Assembly (NCBI GenBank): GCA_004764695.1
Contig: SMSO01000032.1
Span: 6,356,483-6,420,482, forward strand
Length of the DNA stretch: 64,000 nt
Source: Schizochytrium sp. TIO01
Taxonomy: Eukaryota; Protista; Bigyra: Labyrinthulomycetes
Reading direction: 5' to 3'
The position numbers and the translations under genes were made by a program. The notes below the pieces were generated by a model. The model was given only the letters and a program-made list of their open reading frames with translations, had not been told where the DNA came from and did no database searches. Positions 1 through 11,896 of the stretch are shown in pieces. The number at the start of each line of letters is the position of its first letter. Positions within the stretch are counted from its first letter, which is position 1.

Positions 1-1401
1 GATGTCTGTCGAGTCAAGACCAGCGTTGTCACAGAGCTGGCGAGGGATCTTCTCCAAGGCCTTGGCAAATGCAGTCATCACAAGCTGCTGTTTACCCTCA
101 ATAGTACGTGCCTTAGCGCGAAGGTATCTAGACAACTCCATCTCGACGGCACCACCACCAGCGACGACGCTAGAGTTCTCCATGGTGCGCTTGACAACCA
201 TGAGAGCATCGTGGAGGGAACGGTGAGCCTCCTCGACAAACTGCTCAGATCCTCCGCGGATTACAATGGTGCAAGAGGTTGTGGTCGGGCACTCAGTGAA
301 GTAGTTAAAGCGCTCACCACCAACCTGCTTCTCCTCAAAGATACCGCAGGTACCAATAGAAGATTCAGGAATGTCGTTGGTGCTGGTGAGCATCTTAGCG
401 CCAGTAGCACGAGCCACGCGGTCCATGTCGTCCTCGCCAACGCGACCGGCGCAGAACATGTTGCGATCAGCAAAGTACTGTGTTGCCAAATCACCAATAG
501 GGAGCTTAGACAAAATCACATTGGCTCCGCATTGCACGCACTGGTCAAGCTTGTCATAGATAATCTTCCACTCGGCATCAACGATGCTCTGATACAATGC
601 AGGGTCCTCGATGCGGACCTCAGCGTTCTCCTTCTCGCTCTTAAGCTCAAGCTCTACATTCAGCAGGAGGACCTTGGGGTTCACAATGTGCTTGGGCTGC
701 TGCTCGAATCCTGCGTAGGAGAAGGTCTTCTTAAAGGCCACACCACGTACGAGGTGGGACTCCTTCACGGATCCACCAGTGATCTTCTTGATACCCACGT
801 GCTTGAGGTCAAGGTCGCCCTTCTGCAGCAGACCGACAGCATCCACGGCCATCGGGGCGAAAAGAGACTTGTACGCACAGATGAGCTTCGAGTTAAGTGC
901 GGTGCCAGCAACACGCTCAAGGAGCAGGCGAGCTGCATCTTCAGCCTCCTCCTTGAGGTCTGCAACGCCAACCTTGAGCTGTTGAAGACGCTCCACGGCC
1001 AACAGAGCAGCCTCGCGGTAACCAGCAATGAGAATCTGAGGGTGCACGCCGTCCTCAAGGAAGGGCTTGCACTCGTTAAGGAGCTCGCAGGCAATGAGGG
1101 TAACGCTGGTGGTACCGTCACCAACTTCAACGTCCTGGGACTTGGCAATATCTACGAGAGCGCGAGCAGCAGGGTGAACAATATCCAAAAGCTTGAGGAT
1201 CTCTGCACCGTCGTTGCTAATAGTGGCCTTGCCAAGGCCGCTGTAGAGGAGCTTGTCAGCGCCCATAGGACCAAGGGTAGTGGCAACGATCTCACCAACA
1301 GCGTAGCATGCATTGATGTTGGAGATCAGCTGCGCGGTACCCTGGGAGGTGTCAGTGCCCTCGCGAAGGAGAATAATGCTAGGTTGCATGAAGTGCGACA
1401 T
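1..1401 (-). CDS. CCT7: T-complex protein 1 subunit eta (CCT/TRiC chaperonin); 3' end lies outside the window
   Basis: Reverse complement from the ATG at 1401 reads [32 protein letters not shown], the typical CCT-eta N-terminus. It contains the GDGTTS ATP-binding motif and reads [20 protein letters not shown] at the window edge. It is absent from the ORF track because there is no stop in the window. Confidence 0.96.
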   Translation of the reverse strand, partial: MSHFMQPSIILLREGTDTSQGTAQLISNINACYAVGEIVATTLGPMGADKLLYSGLGKATISNDGAEILKLLDIVHPAARALVDIAKSQDVEVGDGTTSVTLIACELLNECKPFLEDGVHPQILIAGYREAALLAVERLQQLKVGVADLKEEAEDAARLLLERVAGTALNSKLICAYKSLFAPMAVDAVGLLQKGDLDLKHVGIKKITGGSVKESHLVRGVAFKKTFSYAGFEQQPKHIVNPKVLLLNVELELKSEKENAEVRIEDPALYQSIVDAEWKIIYDKLDQCVQCGANVILSKLPIGDLATQYFADRNMFCAGRVGEDDMDRVARATGAKMLTSTNDIPESSIGTCGIFEEKQVGGERFNYFTECPTTTSCTIVIRGGSEQFVEEAHRSLHDALMVVKRTMENSSVVAGGGAVEMELSRYLRAKARTIEGKQQLVMTAFAKALEKIPRQLCDNAGLDSTDI

Positions 1402-4400
1402 CCTGTTTGTTTTTTTATTCGTGCGCGGAGGTGTCTAACTCAGCTCTGTGCTATGTGCAGACAAATAAAATCGAAGTGCAAACCTGGGATCCTAGTTTGC
1501 TATTAGAAGAATCCAAAGTTCTTCTTCGCTCGTTCCTGTGAACGTTGGAAATCCAATCGCAGGCCCAAAAGTACGTCAAACAGAAACCGGAGAAGACAAA
1601 GTTCATAGCAAGATATGGTGAAATAGTAAACCACCCGCCATATTGCAAAACAAAAAATATCAATGAGGGAGCCATCAACGAATCAACGAATCGATCCATG
1701 AGGAGAAGCGCAGCACGTTATTGATAACACCGTTAGATAGGATAGTGCACGTATTGCCAACACGTCACCATTCCACGGTAGATCAGGAAATCCCCAAATA
1801 AACCGAAAGAAAAATTATAGAAATAAGCAGGCAGAAAAAGAAGTTCGCCAAACGGCCGGTAGAAGAAACCCGTCGCCGCCAAGACCGGTCGAAGGAGCCA
1901 GATAAATTCGCATTCTCGTTAGTCTTACATTCTCTCCCCATAACTCGTACTCGACCGTCACTCTTCCTCAGCTCTTCCAAGCCTTTCTCGCCACCGCCGT
2001 TGCTGCCATCGAAAAGAAGGATCTCATCGATTTTCCCCGTTTGAACACCATTGGGATGGATGCAACAGCTGATGATCAATCCGGGCCCGCCGCCAGGCTT
2101 CGCAGAGGGAACAGCTCCGATGATCCTGCAAGCATACCCGCCAGCACCGTCTCCACCAACTCAACGCACCTCTTGCCGCGCGAACGGACTCTGCGCAGGC
2201 ACGAACGATCGAAGTAAAATCGATTGATTGATTGATTGAATGATTGATCGATTGACTGTCAATGATTAATTCTTTCTCGATCGAGGCCCTTTTTTGCCCA
2301 TAATGTTTTCGATATGGTATCTGTTGTCCTACTATTTCTAAAGGGTTTTTGACGGTGCTGATGTTGATTATGATCATGATTGGGATGCTAACTTCGTCAT
2401 TCTTTCTTCAGAAGTGCCATTGGGCCCAAGAGCGTTGGAATTTTAACTGTTTGGCGGCGCAAAGGTCCACCGCAGACCCTGTTGAGGCCTGTATATCCGC
2501 CCTGAGCCGGGTTCTGTTGGCTGATTTCTTGCTGTTAGAGCCCTTGTTCTTGCTTGCTTTGGGGCGCCGATGGTTTTCAACCGCCGCTGCTCGGCCGTTC
2601 CCGAAGGTCCACGAATCCAGTACCTTCGAGGATATCCTGGATTTGGAGGATTCCAGGGAAGGTGAAGAATATGCTACAAAATAGAGGATATCCTGGCTGT
2701 TGAAATCCCAAAAGACGTTGGGTGGAGGTATATTAGCAGGAACAGGAGTATATGGGAGTAAGGTAGAATCTACTGCAGTGTAAATGGCGGGTAGGATGCG
2801 CGAGGTCAGCTGGTAGGGAATAGCGCAGAATGGAGGACACAAGAGGTATTAGGGGATACCTAGCTATGGTACGTGCAGAAGCGAAGAGATAATGTTGAAC
2901 TTGGGATGAACTTCAGGAAACTTGAATCCTTGCAACGTTCGATGCGCATTCCTAGATGATGAATGTACATACAGCAGGAGTGATCATTCTGCACGGATAA
3001 AATGGATAAAGAATCAGCTTTAATTTACAATATCCATAGTTTACTGCTGGAGGTGTCGTTAGCACAGAGTCGTTCTTACAGTTGGTAACTCCAACACAAG
3101 GTATGCGAACTAGCTTCGTGAGTGCGCACCTACCTACTTACCGCCATGAGCTAACTAGGTAGGCACTACAATGACGCATTGACGTATCACTCATTGAATT
3201 GTTGTGAGGGTGAGTTTATTGGTATTTTCGAAAGTCAAAAAAAAAAGTGAAGGACATTTAGCTCGATCTTAAAATTAATTTTGAAGGACTTCCGCAAAGA
3301 CAAATTGATACCATGATCTCATCTTCTTTAAATCGTGATCAGCAGTATTACTTTGGAGTTCCTCCTAGTAAAAGAATTACAGGAATAGCGTCTGACTGGT
3401 GAGAGATGTTGAAAACGAATTTGAAGAAAGTAAAGCATATTTGCTTTTTAGTTTCTGACTCACTCAGGAGCTGTTTCTTTGTGAGTCACTGGAATGTTGA
3501 AAAGACTAGAATTCTCTGCGAAGCCTCTCCCATATTACTTGAACAAGCATGCTACTTATGGTTATCTTTTCTACCATATTCTGGGTGTTCATTAAAGTAG
3601 TAGTCCCACGAATACAACTTTCGAGGTAATTATTTCCCTCTTTTGTTGCAATGAATCAACAATTTTAAATTCGATGCTAAAGCAACTCGTGCAGAACATA
3701 TGTAGACATGAAGCAAGAACTTATATATTGCTCTAGAGCACTAAAAGTGGGCTTGGTTTGTTTCCGAATTGGGAGGAGATGTTTCCGGTGAAACTTAGCT
3801 TAGGTCTCAACTTACAATCTCAGGCATGGTTTTTGTTTCAGCTACCTCACAAATTTGAAAATTAGTCAGCATTGGCCAACCAGGTGTATTTGATACCTGC
3901 TAATGCCATCCTTGTAGCGAGGCAAAAGAACCGAAGATTGTTCTGCTTAGACTCCGGTTTATGACCAATAGTTCTAAGCGTTTAGCCATGGTCTCGTCAT
4001 AGGTATTTACAGCACGCTCTACGATTTTTGAGTGCATCACTCAAGACATATCAATGTCAATTATACAATAAAGCTATAAATCATACTTGAGCGTAGTTTT
4101 TATCCTGGTCATGGGTTCTGTACGTACCTCCTGCAAAAGCCCTCCGTGGTTACGGGAGTAGAGGTATTTATAGTGGGAAATCCGTCGCTGAATTCATTTG
4201 CCTCGAGGTTGTCACCACATCAATGTGCTCTAATATTAACCCAACTTGTAATCATCGATGATCACCCAACATTTTGCGTTATCTATGTACTGTGTGTATC
4301 TTGCTTTGAGAGCCTTTGGTTATGCTCTTGTCCCATGCTGTTAAGAAAGAAATGGTTTGAAGCAGTGTCATAGACACCTCCGCTCTTGTGAATTGCATGT

Positions 4401-7400
4401 TGTCATATCTTTACCCCTTAAAGGCAATGTTATGTTCTAGAGTTGGCCATTTGCAAGGTACTGCATCGTTCCTCGTTGACTGCTTCCGTGCTATAAGAAT
4501 TATGCTATCAATTGAAGCAAATAGATTTGCCACAATTCTGGCGATATAAAGGAAGTACAGTCAATTTAGAGATTCTCCTAAACCCGAAGAAGAGGGGGCG
4601 ACAATAGTTTAGTTGCAATTACCACCAAGGAAATCTTCAGAGCCCAGCCACTTTCTAGTTCTGCTATCAGTACTAACGAATAGCATAGTAGGTATTAGGA
4701 GTGTCTAGAGAAACGACACGCATTAATTATAATCAAGGTTCAATTTGAAGCACCTCATACTTTTAAATTGGGGGCTGTGCGTCGAGACGGGCTCGTCATG
4801 AGAGGAGACCAGGTAAGGGGCTAAACTAAACCATACCTCCATGTGTGATTGCATCGTAAACAGCTACCTCGTACTATCAGTGTCCAGGTTCTTGAAGAAA
4901 ATCAACAACTTGATTATTGGGGACGAAGGTCAGCAGAATTTGCACAAGTTGAATCCTCAAAACTTTCCTAATCAAAACAACAGTAAGCTAGCAACTTTAA
5001 GTGTGCAACTCTCAAGAGTCGATTAATAGGTGTCTGGTATCATACTTGTGCCGTGGAGGACTCCGACTCGTTCGCCATGTAATTCCGAGGTCGTTGCATC
5101 GCGTGCCGCCCGACGTCCTTCCCGAAAAGCTTGCACGCGCGGGTTGTGCTGCCATACGAAGTGAACGCACCTGTGACACGAATATAGAAACGTCACAAGC
5201 CCTAAACTTGTGTGAAGGAATGAGACGACAGCTAATCGCCCTCACCACGGCGGTGGCAAAACTCTTGGTCGGTCGCCGTTCTTTGTGAATAGTCTAGCTA
5301 GCTAGTGGTGGAAGAGTATCTTGAGTTGTCATCGGGCCTCAGAGTTTGATATCTAAGCATGCCTGGGTGTGTACCTTTTTTCACTCTCGATTTCTGGTGG
5401 GCTCGCGAGTTGTGAAGATTTGGAAGGTGTAGTCCGCTCACTTTTATCGACAATAACAAGCTGTTCATCTGTTTATAGGTAGGAGTGCTATTATTAGACT
5501 CTCTGCCAGATCATGTTCTGCATGGTGTGCACAGTTGAAAATTTACAAATGACTCTAATATCTAGATACCAGACAGTAACTCTTAAAAGCTTCTAGATCG
5601 TGTAGGCCGACTTGGTGAGAAGTAATACTCTTCTCAGCAATAAGCTTGATTGCAGAGAAATTCTGTTTTTCTTTTTTCCATTCCTCGCCACAAGACAAGT
5701 GGGGGATTTTCCTATCAGTGCAGCTCGCCCTGTGTTATTGTTGGATGATGTTCGCTCAAATTATATCTTCGAGCCTTTAGCCAAAATCAGGCATACTTGA
5801 AGTTAGCAACTCCTGAAAGCTCTTGTTTTCATTTAAAATCTAACGATAAGTTTGGCACGCTTGAAGTTCAAATGAGCGAACTGCGCACTCAATCAAGCTG
5901 AAGCACACCTAGTTAATGGTTCGTTCTACCGTGCACAACTTTGAAACCATAATACCATCAGTACTACACTCAATCGCTTACTCATTTTGAGATGCTCTGT
6001 AAACTCAGCAATTGTCCCAGAATCAACTCATGAAATAAAAAAGGGCACTTTATTCTACTATCTAGTACTAGATCGGGATGTGATACAATTTAATTGTTTT
6101 TGACACTGGATCTACAACTACCTACCAATACATGCGATGTATGAGAAGCAAAATCTCCAATTTAGTAGTTGTTGACGTCGGCTTATGCAGATCTAAGTAG
6201 ATCTTTTCCCTGTTCCGCTTGCTTTTAGGCTCTCTCAATGTTTGAGCTAGCCGAATGACTATTACCAATAGTACCAAGTCCACGATCGCAAATCTATCGA
6301 AAATTACTCAATCTTCTTCAACAATCATGAGTTACAGGCCGATTAATTCACACTACTATTATTGTCGAGGTTTCTTAATTATCGACCAAATATCCTCCAC
6401 GCTGGGGTGTCCGAGACCCTCCAAGCATCCGTCACCTCCCGTGGTGGCTGCTAAAGCGCTCTCCCAAGATCTTTGCCACTTCTAAATCACTCACTCGCTC
6501 GCTCACTCACCTTTGAGCTACTTATAGAACCACCACTCCCAGGCAGAAAGAATTGGCGATCTCTTGACAACCTTTCGAGTGGGCGAGCTACCCCAAGATA
6601 AACAAAGCGAGCGAGTGAACGAGCGAGTGAGCGGACGAGCGAGTGAGAGAATGATTGAGTGAGCGAGAGACCGCTAGGAACCAACGCTAATGAACAAACA
6701 TAGGGAATTATGGATGCATTGCATTGCATTTCTTTTTATTTCTCCATGCTCTTTTAATGATAATAATCCTTGGCCATTTTCATTCGCAGGATATCTAAAA
6801 CAAAGGTCTTCAGGACTTCAATAACTATTATAGGCAGAACTTCTCGCCAAGACAACGAGCGCCTAAAATCCGAATCGCTACTAGGCTTTTTCTTTTTTCT
6901 TTTTTTAAAATCAGTGACTAACCTGGTAATCTTCTTGAATTTTGGTATCTTGGCATCATCGGAGTGGCGGTCTAAACAGAGTGCACGTGGCTAGTCTGGT
7001 GCACAAAGCCGGCCTCCCGATTACAAGTTGAACTTTAATTAAGGTCGACATTGCTCCTATCACAGCGATCGCTGACGCCTTGCATCTCAATTCTGAATGA
7101 CGATAAACCTATGATTGTGATGAAATGGTCATCATAAGAGCAAACTAAGAGCCGTCAGAAGCTCCAAGTGCGTCGCGACGGCTCCCTTATCTTGAAGTCC
7201 ATGGTTGTGCTGCTGCACGTGCTACCTACTAGTGTGCGCTACTGTAAGCTAAAGTAGCAGTAGCAGTAGGGTACTACAGTGACAGCGCATCTCAAAATTC
7301 CACCAGTACACGTCCGCCGCAGGTCTGGCAGAGATGTAGTCCGAGGCTCTGATGAAGCAACAGACTAACCTCGTATGATAACTGGCCTCAACGGTCGCTC

Positions 7401-8541
7401 AGTCTTCTCGGGAATCGTGATTTGCAAGCATCTGCACGAACTTCGTGTGGCAAGCATCTAATTATAATGAACAACTTTAAAAAAAAAGAGGAGATTCTTC
7501 TTTCTATTATTAAAATGAAAAAATACCTTTGAGTTTTACTTGCTTAAAAAAATAATGTTTTAAATAAATTCATTTTTGTTATATTCATTAGGACTACTAT
7601 ATCAAATTTGGTAGTACCAGTCGCGACACTTTCTATAAATTAAAATAAAAGGAAATCGTACTCAGTGTAAATGGACCCAAGGACTTGCCCACTTCTCAAG
7701 CGGTATCCAGGCCAAGACCGAGGCCGAGACTAAGCTTGGTACAACAAAGGCCAACTGCATACCATCTGACAATCATTCGGCTGCAGCTGATCATGGCTGG
7801 TGATTTTCTTCATCGCTCAAGCTTCATCTTTTCATCCTTTCACCGCGCGTCTTTACAAAACATGAATTCAGTCAATAAATATTAAAAAAAACAAAAAAAC
7901 TTGAAAAAATATGGAAAAGAAAGAAAAAGACACGGATTTTCAGGATTCAATCGTTTATTTACTTCGTACTTAATCGTTTATTCATTCGACTCATCTTTAG
8001 GCGGAAAGTAGGAAGATAAAAAGAAAGCAAGAGGTGTGCTCCATTCTTAGCCAAGACTATTGATAGTATGGAGAGGGGTGTGCGCTGTCCATCTCCAGCT
8101 GTGGTCCAGAATCATTGAGAGGGCACTGTGGGTAAATCCACATTTCTCCTCACAAAAATAATCAAATTTCTTCAGGGATATTAGGAGAGATAATCACTGT
8201 AAAAAGTTCTGGGTGGGAGTTGGTAGTGTGTATGTGAGGTAAGGTTCAAAAGATTGGTGAGGATAAGGAACAACACACTGCCACACATTCCACTGCCACT
8301 GCACAAACGGCACGTGCAATGACACCCGAAGGGACATAAAGAGGGGGTCCAGTAGAGGAGCCCAAGATCAATCCATTTGCAAACTCCGCGTGGTCAAGAC
8401 CACAGGCAATAATGCATCAAAACCGATTCTCACGCACAACAAACACTCAACGCAACAGTAGACGACGATCGTCACTGTCAGCACTTTTGTTGCCACCTTT
8501 ACGTAACCAGTACAGCTTTCGTTTCACTCCCTTTTAGCACA

Positions 8542-9566
8542 ATGGCCAACTTCGTTGAAGAGTCTGAGCACTACCTTGAGAAGTTCAAGGAGCTCCAGAC
8601 CGAGTCCATCGAGGAGCAGCGCGATGTTTTTGCCCGTAAGTTTCCTAGAGTTTTGAAATGCAGCAACGATTTATGACCTTGCTGCTGCTCTGCTGCTCTG
8701 CTGCGCACCAAGTGTTCTTCTGCAGTAATGCATGCCCTTACGTACAGACTCAACTAACTGTTCACTCAAACATTGTGCACAACAACTTGGTATGTTTGTC
8801 ATGATGACAATTCTGACCATTGTCATGACCTACAGGCCGCTTCGTATTCTCTCTTGGCGACCGCTACTCTGAGGTCTTCACTCTCGCCACCGCCTTCGAG
8901 GAGGCCTGCAAGGCTGATGAGGGCGGCGAGTCCCTCAGCATGGCTGGCGCCGCCAATTTCATGCAGGTGAACGGCAAGACCCGCACTGCTACCCAGCGTC
9001 GTGCTGAGCTCAAGGACGTCGATATTAACCAGGACGGCCGCTGCACCTTTATTGAGTACCTCCTTCTCCACTACAAGATCATGATCCTCGAAGAGTACTT
9101 CCGCCGCCACGAGATGGAGCCTGATGTCGACATGGAGGACGACGGTGTTGGCGTTACCGGCGTTGGTGAGCGCCTCGTTGAGGAGCTCTTCTCAGTGCCC
9201 CAGGGTCTTGACCCGGATCTTGAGGCCATGATGAAGGAGTTCTCCATCGAGCACGCCAAGCGCAAGGCCAAGATTGCCGAGCTCGAGGCTCGCGTCGAGC
9301 AAGGTGGTGTCAAGGGTATGGCTGCCAAGAACACCCTCGAGCAGCTCCTTGGTGAGGATCAGACCTCTATGCATGCCATCGAGGCTCGCATTGCTGCCGC
9401 TGTCAAGAAGGCCGTTGCCAAGTCCCGTAAGGAACTTGCCTCCAAGACTGCTGCTTCTGAGGTCGAGGAAGAGGAGAGGCGTGTCGCTGGACGTGGCAAG
9501 CTCGCTGAGAAGATGGCCATGTTCAACAAGCGTGTCTCCCAGCGCCTCAGCCTTGGCCGCAAGTAA
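8542..9566 (+). CDS. Calcium-regulated actin-bundling protein, ABP34/34-kDa type with an EF-hand; 2 exons (8542-8635, 8836-9566), about 274 aa
   Basis: Exon 1 (MANFVEESEHYLEKFKELQTESIEEQRDVFA) joins in frame to the 8940-9566 ORF through a GTAAGT...CTGAC...TACAG intron. TATQRRAELKDVDINQDGRCTFIEYLLLHYK and GGVKGMAAKNTLEQL resemble Dictyostelium ABP34 as I recall it (TALKRKQELREKVDVNFDGRVSFLEYLLYQYK; GVKGLGATNMLAQI). Strong C-ending codon bias. Confidence 0.85.
8636..8835 (+). other. Spliceosomal (U2-type) intron, 200 nt, phase 1
   Basis: Donor GTAAGT at 8636, branch-like CTGAC at 8813-8817 (also ACTAAC near 8753), acceptor TACAG ending at 8835. Removal restores the reading frame. Confidence 0.9.
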
Positions 9567-10654
9567 GCGCCAATGTCATGCATAGACTACTCTAACTCTC
9601 TGGGTACGTTATCAGGAATGCCCAGACGACTTGCATTATTTCTCAACTGTAACGTGGGAGAGGTCTCACTCTAAAACTCGAACAGAGATGCTGACCCTCC
9701 CTCATATCTTCAAGACAACAACCGTTTTCACCTTGTAACTAGGGTGAATTAGATCACAATGTTAAGCTTACCCTGTGTGTGTGCCTAGCAATAGCTTGGT
9801 ACATGCACATCTTCTATACTGTCACGCATGCGTTTGAGCAGCACACTACCGGGTTCAGCTACAACTCTTTCTAACAATACATCTTAAGAACACAACAGAG
9901 TACATTGTTGTACTCCTCAATCACTATCAACAATACGCTGTAGAACATAAATCAACAATTGTTGCCCCGTGTTAACCCTGCCTCTCCCCTTTTCTTCTTG
10001 ATGTTTGAACTTAAATCTGCTGCACCTTCGTTTCACTTCTTTAAAGCTTCCCCAGCAACTGGTCATACCTGACGCACAAATATAAACAAGCAACGTCTCG
10101 ACTCTGGCCTTATGCAATGTGCATGTTACTTACTCGCACTACCTTCTAACTACACGTGCCCATATTTTATTTGTAAACAAGAACAGCAATTCAATTAGGT
10201 CAAGAGCTTGGAACATACCTACACTTAGCGGCCGTAGACTATCTTCGAGGTGGGAGCAATCAAATCAATATGGTAAGCTATCTCGAAATATGATTTTGGG
10301 CTTCGACTCTCACCAGTGGAGAAACATTAAATAAGTTTAAAGAAGTGAGTTCATGGACGTCGAGAAAAACAAATTTAATTCTAGATTTTATTTTTAATAC
10401 TATAAAAATCGAATGAAGTATTTTGGAAATTCACCAGGTGAAGATGCATGAGTGAGCAACAGAGCAGCCAGATAATTAAACTGTGCTAGCGCTCACAATT
10501 GATCCACGATCTTCACCATTTTGTTTCATAGCTCTTATATTAAGAACGAAACAAAGAAAAAACTAAGTCACTAATACAAGGGTGACACCACGCGTATTGA
10601 AGTGGCCGAATGAGTAGTCAGCTAATGAGTGCCCATTTGCTTTACAAAGCTAAT

Positions 10655-11896
10655 TTAAAGCATGAGCTTGCCACCAACGATGCCCGTAAGCATGATCAAA
10701 CCTACCGTCTGGTTTGACACAAACCGGTTAGTGAGGTTCATGCGATCATGGAGGTCGGCGGTGCCAATTTGCCATGCAAAGTGAGCTCCAGAGCCAGCAA
10801 GAGCAGCCCAGTACAACGGCGACTCACCCAGACCGGCGTTCATACCAGCAATGGCCCAGAGGCCGATTGCGGCGGCGCCAAATCCAGCAAGTACTGGCTT
10901 CGCGTTCTTATCTCCAATTGTCAAGGCGGAAGAGCGCAGTCCCAAAGCACGATCATCATCCTTGTCCTGATGAGCATAAATGGTATCGTACATGAGAGTC
11001 CAGAAGGCACCTCCAATGTACAAGGGACCAGTGACGGTAAGATCGAGACTACCGTGAACCGCAGCCCAACCCAGAAGTGCGCCCCAGTTGAAGGTCAAGC
11101 CAAGAACAGCCTGAGGCCACCCCGTGACACGCTTGGCAAGAGGATACAAAGCCACAGGCACAAGCGATGCGGCTCCCAGCGCAATCGTAAAGTGGTTCAT
11201 CTGCACAAGCACTCCGAGACCCACGGTACACTGTGCTGCCAAAAACATGATAGCCTGAGCCGGCGAGACTTTACCTGATGCCAGTGGCCTCTGGCTCGTA
11301 CGTTTCACTTTGCCATCAATATCGCGGTCCCAAAAATCATTAATTGTGCATCCTGCGCCACGCATTACAAAGGCCCCAATTCCAAAGAGTGCCATCAGCT
11401 TAAGGTCTGGCATGTGTCCATTTTCTGCAGCCATGCCAATGCTCCATAGACCCGGCAACAACAGCAGATACGTGCCAATTGGCCTGTCTACACGAGCGAG
11501 CTTGGCATATGGCAGCATCGACTCAGGTAGGTTTCGGTCGGCCCATGTAGCGTTCTGATCTTTGTAAAGATCAGAGTCGTCCGTCTTAACCCCGCTGGGT
11601 TTGGCATTGTTTGTATCATCAGTACTAGACTTTTCAGACTCATTCTTGTTATCGTGATTGGGTCCGGAGCTTGCCGTCTTGGCATTCGAGCTCAAGAATC
11701 GAACTTTCATGCCGTTCTCAGAACGATTCAGAGTATCCGGGATGGCCACGAGGTTTGCTCTGGCAATTGAGAGGCTCGAGGAGGCAGCCCCAACAGAGCG
11801 CCACGCCCCCGCAGGCATGCTGAGACCTGCTGCGGCAGTGCCATGGAGACCTGAATGACGCCCATATAACTTGCAGAGTGCAGCAAAGGTCGCCAT
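10655..11896 (-). CDS. COQ2: 4-hydroxybenzoate polyprenyltransferase, mitochondrial (UbiA family)
   Basis: RVDRPIGTYLL, GAGCTINDFWDRDID...RPLASG and YDTIYAHQD Asp-rich motifs, multiple TM helices, and an Ala/Ser/Arg-rich N-terminal transit-like peptide. Confidence 0.96.
   Translation of the reverse strand: MATFAALCKLYGRHSGLHGTAAAGLSMPAGAWRSVGAASSSLSIARANLVAIPDTLNRSENGMKVRFLSSNAKTASSGPNHDNKNESEKSSTDDTNNAKPSGVKTDDSDLYKDQNATWADRNLPESMLPYAKLARVDRPIGTYLLLLPGLWSIGMAAENGHMPDLKLMALFGIGAFVMRGAGCTINDFWDRDIDGKVKRTSQRPLASGKVSPAQAIMFLAAQCTVGLGVLVQMNHFTIALGAASLVPVALYPLAKRVTGWPQAVLGLTFNWGALLGWAAVHGSLDLTVTGPLYIGGAFWTLMYDTIYAHQDKDDDRALGLRSSALTIGDKNAKPVLAGFGAAAIGLWAIAGMNAGLGESPLYWAALAGSGAHFAWQIGTADLHDRMNLTNRFVSNQTVGLIMLTGIVGGKLML

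Noticed and set aside
211-1506. 431-aa plus-strand ORF
   Set aside because: It is the antisense shadow of CCT7. Biased codon usage avoids TTA/CTA/TCA, leaving the opposite frame open.
5200-5207. CCCTAAAC in a hairpin loop as a telomerase RNA template or telomeric repeat
   Set aside because: It is a single short copy expected by chance, with no other supporting features.
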